Source of the DNA: Candidatus Poseidoniales archaeon
GTDB taxonomy: Archaea; Thermoplasmatota; Poseidoniia; Poseidoniales; Poseidoniaceae
Direction: 5' to 3'
DNA length: 64,000 nucleotides
Assembly: GCA_038150305.1 (NCBI GenBank)
Contig: JAYOTG010000008.1
Span: 8,380-72,379 of the forward strand
The position numbers and the translations under genes were made by a program. This document shows, in pieces, positions 60,022 through 64,000 of this stretch; the stretch's first letter is position 1; every line of letters starts with the position of its first letter. Under the pieces are notes generated by a model. The model was given only the letters and a program-made list of their open reading frames with translations. It was not told the origin of the DNA and searched no databases.

Positions 60022-62030
60022 GAGAGCACCTGCTGAATGGCGGCTTTGAGGCGTTCGCTGACCTCACGGCCGTCGGCACCTTTGGCCGCTCCCATCACCA
60101 CGCCCATCAGCGGCCCAATGGCGCCGAAACCGCGCTCCTTCACGAAGTCCAGCCGGTCTGCAATGATGCCAGCAATGACGCCGTCGAGGTCTGCGACCTC
60201 GGTGGGCACGTGGCCCTCGGCTTCAGCCCACGCCACCAAAGTGGTACGATCCGCGCCCTCCGGGAAGGAGGCTGTGGCGGCCTTGACGCCATCGCGCGAG
60301 AGTGCGCCTTCCTCACGAAGATCGATGAGGTCGACCAAGAATTCCGTTGGCGCGCTCTCGTGTTCAAGCATCAGGGTGGCGAAGGCTTTGGCCGGCCGCT
60401 CACCAAGATGTTCGAGGAAGCGGTCGTCCAATTCACGTGCCAGGATTTGTTCGCGCTGGTCGTCGGACAACCCTGCAGGCGACAAGCGCTCGCGGCGTTC
60501 GTCGTTGCTCGGTGGAAGATGGCCGCTCAGCCGAGCCCATCGCTCCGCTTCGAGCGGGAGCGGCGGCACGTCGGTCTCTGGGTACATGCGCGCGCTGCCG
60601 GGCAGCGGGCGCATCGGACCGGTCGTGCCGTCGAGCGGCGCGCCCTTGCTCACGGTGACGTTACGCACTTCACGCGGCAAGCGGTGGTGCGCGAGCAAGG
60701 CGCGGTCTCGGACCGCTTCGAGCGCGAGGGCGGCTTGCCAATCTGGAGCCAGGCAGAGCACGAATGCATCGTCCTGTGCAAGCGAGAGCATCGAGCGTAC
60801 CCCCTCAACCTCGGCTTCCGTGATGCCGTAGGCCGGAAGTTCGTCGCTGTGAAAAACGCCACGCACGCCGGCGAGTTTCGCGGCTCCTGCGAGCTCTCGG
60901 CCGAGCCGAGGCAGCTGAGCGCCTTCCTCATCAAGCGTCTTGGTGCCAAGCAGCCCAGCCATGCCCGGAAGCGACAGGGCAAGCATCACGTGACCTTGTG
61001 CAAGGCCGCGCTCGACCATGCCCGAAGTGCTCGAAGCAAAAACGGAAGACACGTCGTTGAGCACGTCAGGGAACCGGGCAGCCACGGCTTCAGCCACACG
61101 CGCCTCACGCTCAGGATCGTCCAAGCGGCGGTCCGGGGGAAGAACGTCCTGCCCGGCGGCCTCGCGGAGGGTGTTGGCCAAGCGGTAGAAGTGGAGTTGT
61201 CGAGCCATTTCCAAGCGAACGATGCGCGGAATCCAGCCAAGGTCTTGGCAGCCCTTGATTTCCACACGATCCCCACACGCGATGCTGACGTTCAGGTCCT
61301 GCCGGATGGAACCAAGTCCGCGACGGACGCGCCGCGTGCGGCGCAGAACCGCGCCCAGAGCACGCGCGGTCGATTGGGCGTGATCGGGCGTTTGCACGTC
61401 AGGGGCCGTGGCGATTTCGATCAGCGGCAGCCCCAGGCGGTCGAGGTTGTACGACACACGCTCGCCAGATGCGGTGTCGACGGTGCTCAATTTCCGCGCG
61501 CTGTCCTCTTCGAGGCAAATGACGTCAACGCCAACCGGACCCTCAGGCGTTTGCAAGGTCCCGTCCTGGGCGACCAGGGTGGTCCGCTGGAAGCCGCTGG
61601 TGTTCGAGCCGTCCACCACAGTCTTGCGCATCGTCTGCATGAGGTCAACCGGGCGTGCCTCCAACAAAGCCGCAACCGTGAGGGTCACATCAACGGCGTC
61701 GGCGTCCAGCGGAAGCGGGGGGCGCTCGTCGAGTTCAATCAGGCCCGCATTGGGCGACTGAACGTATTCGAAACTGCGACGGCGCTTGGCCTCGAAGCGG
61801 GCGGCCACGTCGACCGCGCCGCCTTCACCGCGAGCGGCCCGCAGTCGACGGCGGGTCCTCGGCCACGTGTCCGGCACGGTCTCTTCGGTGACGTCGTACA
61901 GGACACCGGGTTGGCGGGAGTGGAGCTTTCCGGTGGCGAGTTGCTGATGCACCTCGATGCCGCACATGAAGCCCAGCGCGTCAGGATCCAGCGCGTTGGC
62001 GTCGCTCACCTCGCCTTGGGGCTCCGCCAT
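60018..62030 (-). CDS. gatE: Glutamyl-tRNA(Gln) amidotransferase subunit E (archaeal GatE)
   Basis: The motif 'GFMCGIEVHQQLATGKLH' is the GatE N-terminal signature. The protein is about 670 aa. The ATG at 62030 was verified. The track ORF begins at an upstream GTG. Confidence 0.85.
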   Translation of the reverse strand: MAEPQGEVSDANALDPDALGFMCGIEVHQQLATGKLHSRQPGVLYDVTEETVPDTWPRTRRRLRAARGEGGAVDVAARFEAKRRRSFEYVQSPNAGLIELDERPPLPLDADAVDVTLTVAALLEARPVDLMQTMRKTVVDGSNTSGFQRTTLVAQDGTLQTPEGPVGVDVICLEEDSARKLSTVDTASGERVSYNLDRLGLPLIEIATAPDVQTPDHAQSTARALGAVLRRTRRVRRGLGSIRQDLNVSIACGDRVEIKGCQDLGWIPRIVRLEMARQLHFYRLANTLREAAGQDVLPPDRRLDDPEREARVAEAVAARFPDVLNDVSSVFASSTSGMVERGLAQGHVMLALSLPGMAGLLGTKTLDEEGAQLPRLGRELAGAAKLAGVRGVFHSDELPAYGITEAEVEGVRSMLSLAQDDAFVLCLAPDWQAALALEAVRDRALLAHHRLPREVRNVTVSKGAPLDGTTGPMRPLPGSARMYPETDVPPLPLEAERWARLSGHLPPSNDERRERLSPAGLSDDQREQILARELDDRFLEHLGERPAKAFATLMLEHESAPTEFLVDLIDLREEGALSRDGVKAATASFPEGADRTTLVAWAEAEGHVPTEVADLDGVIAGIIADRLDFVKERGFGAIGPLMGVVMGAAKGADGREVSERLKAAIQQVLS

Positions 62031-62073
62031 GCACAGGCCACGCACAGGTCGGATATGAGCGCCACCGTTGACC

Positions 62074-64000
62074 TCAGGCCACCATCAGGGTGTCGTAGCC
62101 GCGAGGACGGAGCAGTTTGCCTTCCGTGACCATGCGCTCGATGAGGTCCTCCGCATCGGAGCGCGAGAGGCCGTTGCGATCGAGATCGTTCAGGACCTCG
62201 TTGAGGTCGGCAATGCCTTGGTCGCTGCTGGCAGCAAGGTCCCGCACCGTGTCGAGGATGGTGCGCTCCTTGCTGCGCGCGGTCGTCTTCTTGCCCGTTT
62301 GGAGCGTGGTCTCGTCGAAGTCGTCGCCCATCAATTCCATCCGCCAGAGTTTGGTCAAACGAAGCGCGCGCTCCGCATCCTCCACCTCAACGGTGTCCGA
62401 CAGGCGGATGCGGGCGCTGGCTTCGGCGAGCCTCGAGATGCCCTCGATGGCACGGGCCGTGATGGCGATGCTGTCGGAGCCAGAACCGCCTTGCTGCCGC
62501 GTTTCCACGTAATACGCCACGAGCATTTCACTGGCCTCCTTGGTGGGCTCGGGCTGGATGTTCCGCTTTGCGTACGCCACGTACTTCTTCACCAGGTTCG
62601 TCTCGAGGATTTCCTCGCCGTCTTGGTTGCTCGTGGCCTGACTGACGCCACGGCTCGGATCGAGGGCCGTGCCCTCCGCGATGAGCGTCTCACTCGTGCC
62701 TGAAGCGCGCGTGGAGAGGATGTGGGCGGCGATGGCGGTGTCGAGTTCGGTCTTCGGCACGTCGGTCATCACCCAGATGACGTCGAACCGCGAAATCAGC
62801 GGAGGAGCGAGGTTGATCTGTGCGGTGAAGGGCACGTCCGAAATCGGTTGGAAGCGCCCCGCCTTGGGGTTCGCGGCCGCCAACACCGCACATCGAGTTT
62901 GCAGGCTGGCGTTGATGCCGGCTTTGGCGATGGAAATGCGCTGCTGTTCCATCGCTTCGTGCATGCTCGACCGGTCGCTGTCGTTCATCTTGTCGAACTC
63001 GTCGATGGCCGCAAGCCCAAGATCAGCCAGCACCAGAGCACCGGCTTCGAGGGTCCACCGTCCATCGGCGTTGGCGTCCTGCACGGCCGCAGCCGTCAGG
63101 CCAGCCGCAGAAGCGGACATGCCGGACGTGAAGCGCCCGCGGGGGGAAAGTTGGGCCATGTAGGAGAGGAGTTGCGACTTGGCCACACCTGGGTCACCCA
63201 TCAGCAGAATGTGGATGTCGCCACGGCTTCGCGTCCCGTCGTCGTTCTTCCGAGAGACGCCGCCGAACAGTTGGAGCATCAGCGATTGCTTCACGTGAGC
63301 CATGCCGTAAATCGAGGGCGCAATCGACCGCGTGAGCACCTGGTAGATGTCCTTGCGTCGGGCGAGGTCTTTGATCTCCCGAACCTCTTCTTCGGTGATG
63401 ACGATCTCCTCGAGCGGGACGTTCTGACGCTCCAGCGAGTGGATGCGGAGGAAGATGTCGAACACGGGCGTGTCCTTGCCGCCCTTCCGCTGCGAACGGA
63501 TGAAGAGCACGCCGTTGGCCTTGACGCGGTCGCCGGGATTGAGTTGTCCACACAGGTCCTGCTCGGCGATGCACAGGATGCGCTCGGGCTGGATGCCGCC
63601 ACGCATCTGTTCGGGCAGCTCCTGCAGTTCGATGAACTGGGTGTTGATCAGGCTGGAATCCCGCTCGACCAGCGAAAAACGCGTCTCGCGTGCTTTCCTG
63701 TCGCAACCGCCGTCGATGGGATCGCACAACATCGGCTGGATGAGTTCCTGCTCGTTCGGTTGATTCACGGTGCTGAGGTGGCCGCAGGCCGAACATCGGA
63801 AGGTCGCGATGTAGATGCGAGGGCGGACGCCGGAGATCTTCGTGGTCACCGCGTCGATGGAGAGCATCTGACCGAGGTCCTCTGCACGAAGATGGGAAAT
63901 CGCGCGCGTCTGGTCCGAGGGCAGGTGAACGATGCGAATGAAGGGGTCCATCGCGCCGTGGCCCTCGTCCACCAGCACTTGCTTCACCGCTTGCTTCGAG
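62074..64000 (-). CDS. mcm: Minichromosome maintenance helicase MCM. The 5' end lies outside the window.
   Basis: The zinc finger is 'CSACGH...CDPIDGGC'. The AAA+ Walker A is 'ILLMGDPGVAKSQLL', the Walker B is 'AIDEFDKM', and the arginine finger is 'SRFDVIW'. The frame stays open past position 64000. Confidence 0.9.
   Translation of the reverse strand, partial: SKQAVKQVLVDEGHGAMDPFIRIVHLPSDQTRAISHLRAEDLGQMLSIDAVTTKISGVRPRIYIATFRCSACGHLSTVNQPNEQELIQPMLCDPIDGGCDRKARETRFSLVERDSSLINTQFIELQELPEQMRGGIQPERILCIAEQDLCGQLNPGDRVKANGVLFIRSQRKGGKDTPVFDIFLRIHSLERQNVPLEEIVITEEEVREIKDLARRKDIYQVLTRSIAPSIYGMAHVKQSLMLQLFGGVSRKNDDGTRSRGDIHILLMGDPGVAKSQLLSYMAQLSPRGRFTSGMSASAAGLTAAAVQDANADGRWTLEAGALVLADLGLAAIDEFDKMNDSDRSSMHEAMEQQRISIAKAGINASLQTRCAVLAAANPKAGRFQPISDVPFTAQINLAPPLISRFDVIWVMTDVPKTELDTAIAAHILSTRASGTSETLIAEGTALDPSRGVSQATSNQDGEEILETNLVKKYVAYAKRNIQPEPTKEASEMLVAYYVETRQQGGSGSDSIAITARAIEGISRLAEASARIRLSDTVEVEDAERALRLTKLWRMELMGDDFDETTLQTGKKTTARSKERTILDTVRDLAASSDQGIADLNEVLNDLDRNGLSRSDAEDLIERMVTEGKLLRPRGYDTLMVA

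Noticed and set aside
1-64000. A search for CRISPR arrays, integrases, transposases, rRNA genes and inteins
   Set aside because: I noticed no short regularly spaced direct repeats, no tyrosine or serine recombinase, and no transposase-like ORFs. The MCM and RadA lengths are consistent with intein-free genes.

Overview
This 64-kb window is GC-rich (about 64-65% by eye) and densely coding, and it looks like an archaeal chromosome segment. Archaeal hallmark genes are a 5'-truncated radA at the start, an initiator-type tRNA-Met, gatE, two PTH2-type peptidyl-tRNA hydrolases and an mcm that runs off the end. Archaeal-style TATA boxes sit about 26 nt upstream of leaderless start codons.

Most of the window is housekeeping or metabolic. 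This includes icd, a MaeB-type malic enzyme, pyruvate kinase, a pabC/pabAB folate cluster, a PduO-type cobalamin adenosyltransferase, ychF, ltaE, and MMPL, DHH, Nudix and RlmH-type genes.

The parts worth a second look are:
1. A translationally coupled AddB/AddA-type helicase-nuclease operon, which is a bacterial-type end-resection machine in an archaeal context. AddB carries the Fe-S 'CX2CX5C' staple. A divergently oriented 760-aa zinc-ribbon protein of unknown function sits next to it.
2. A roughly 1150-aa all-helical cytoplasmic protein ending in a PIN nuclease domain.
3. A roughly 2800-aa type-I membrane surface protein built from a beta-propeller region plus many FN3-like repeats.
4. A polytopic membrane protein with a C-terminal EF-hand pair, in an SD-coupled operon with a small membrane protein and a radical-SAM enzyme.
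5. Two PTH2 paralogs on opposite strands, separated by a small membrane-protein gene.
6. An apparent homopolymer frameshift at the 5' end of ychF.

No CRISPR array, integrase, transposase or rRNA gene was seen. Many long antisense ORFs in the track are GC-driven shadows of the real genes.
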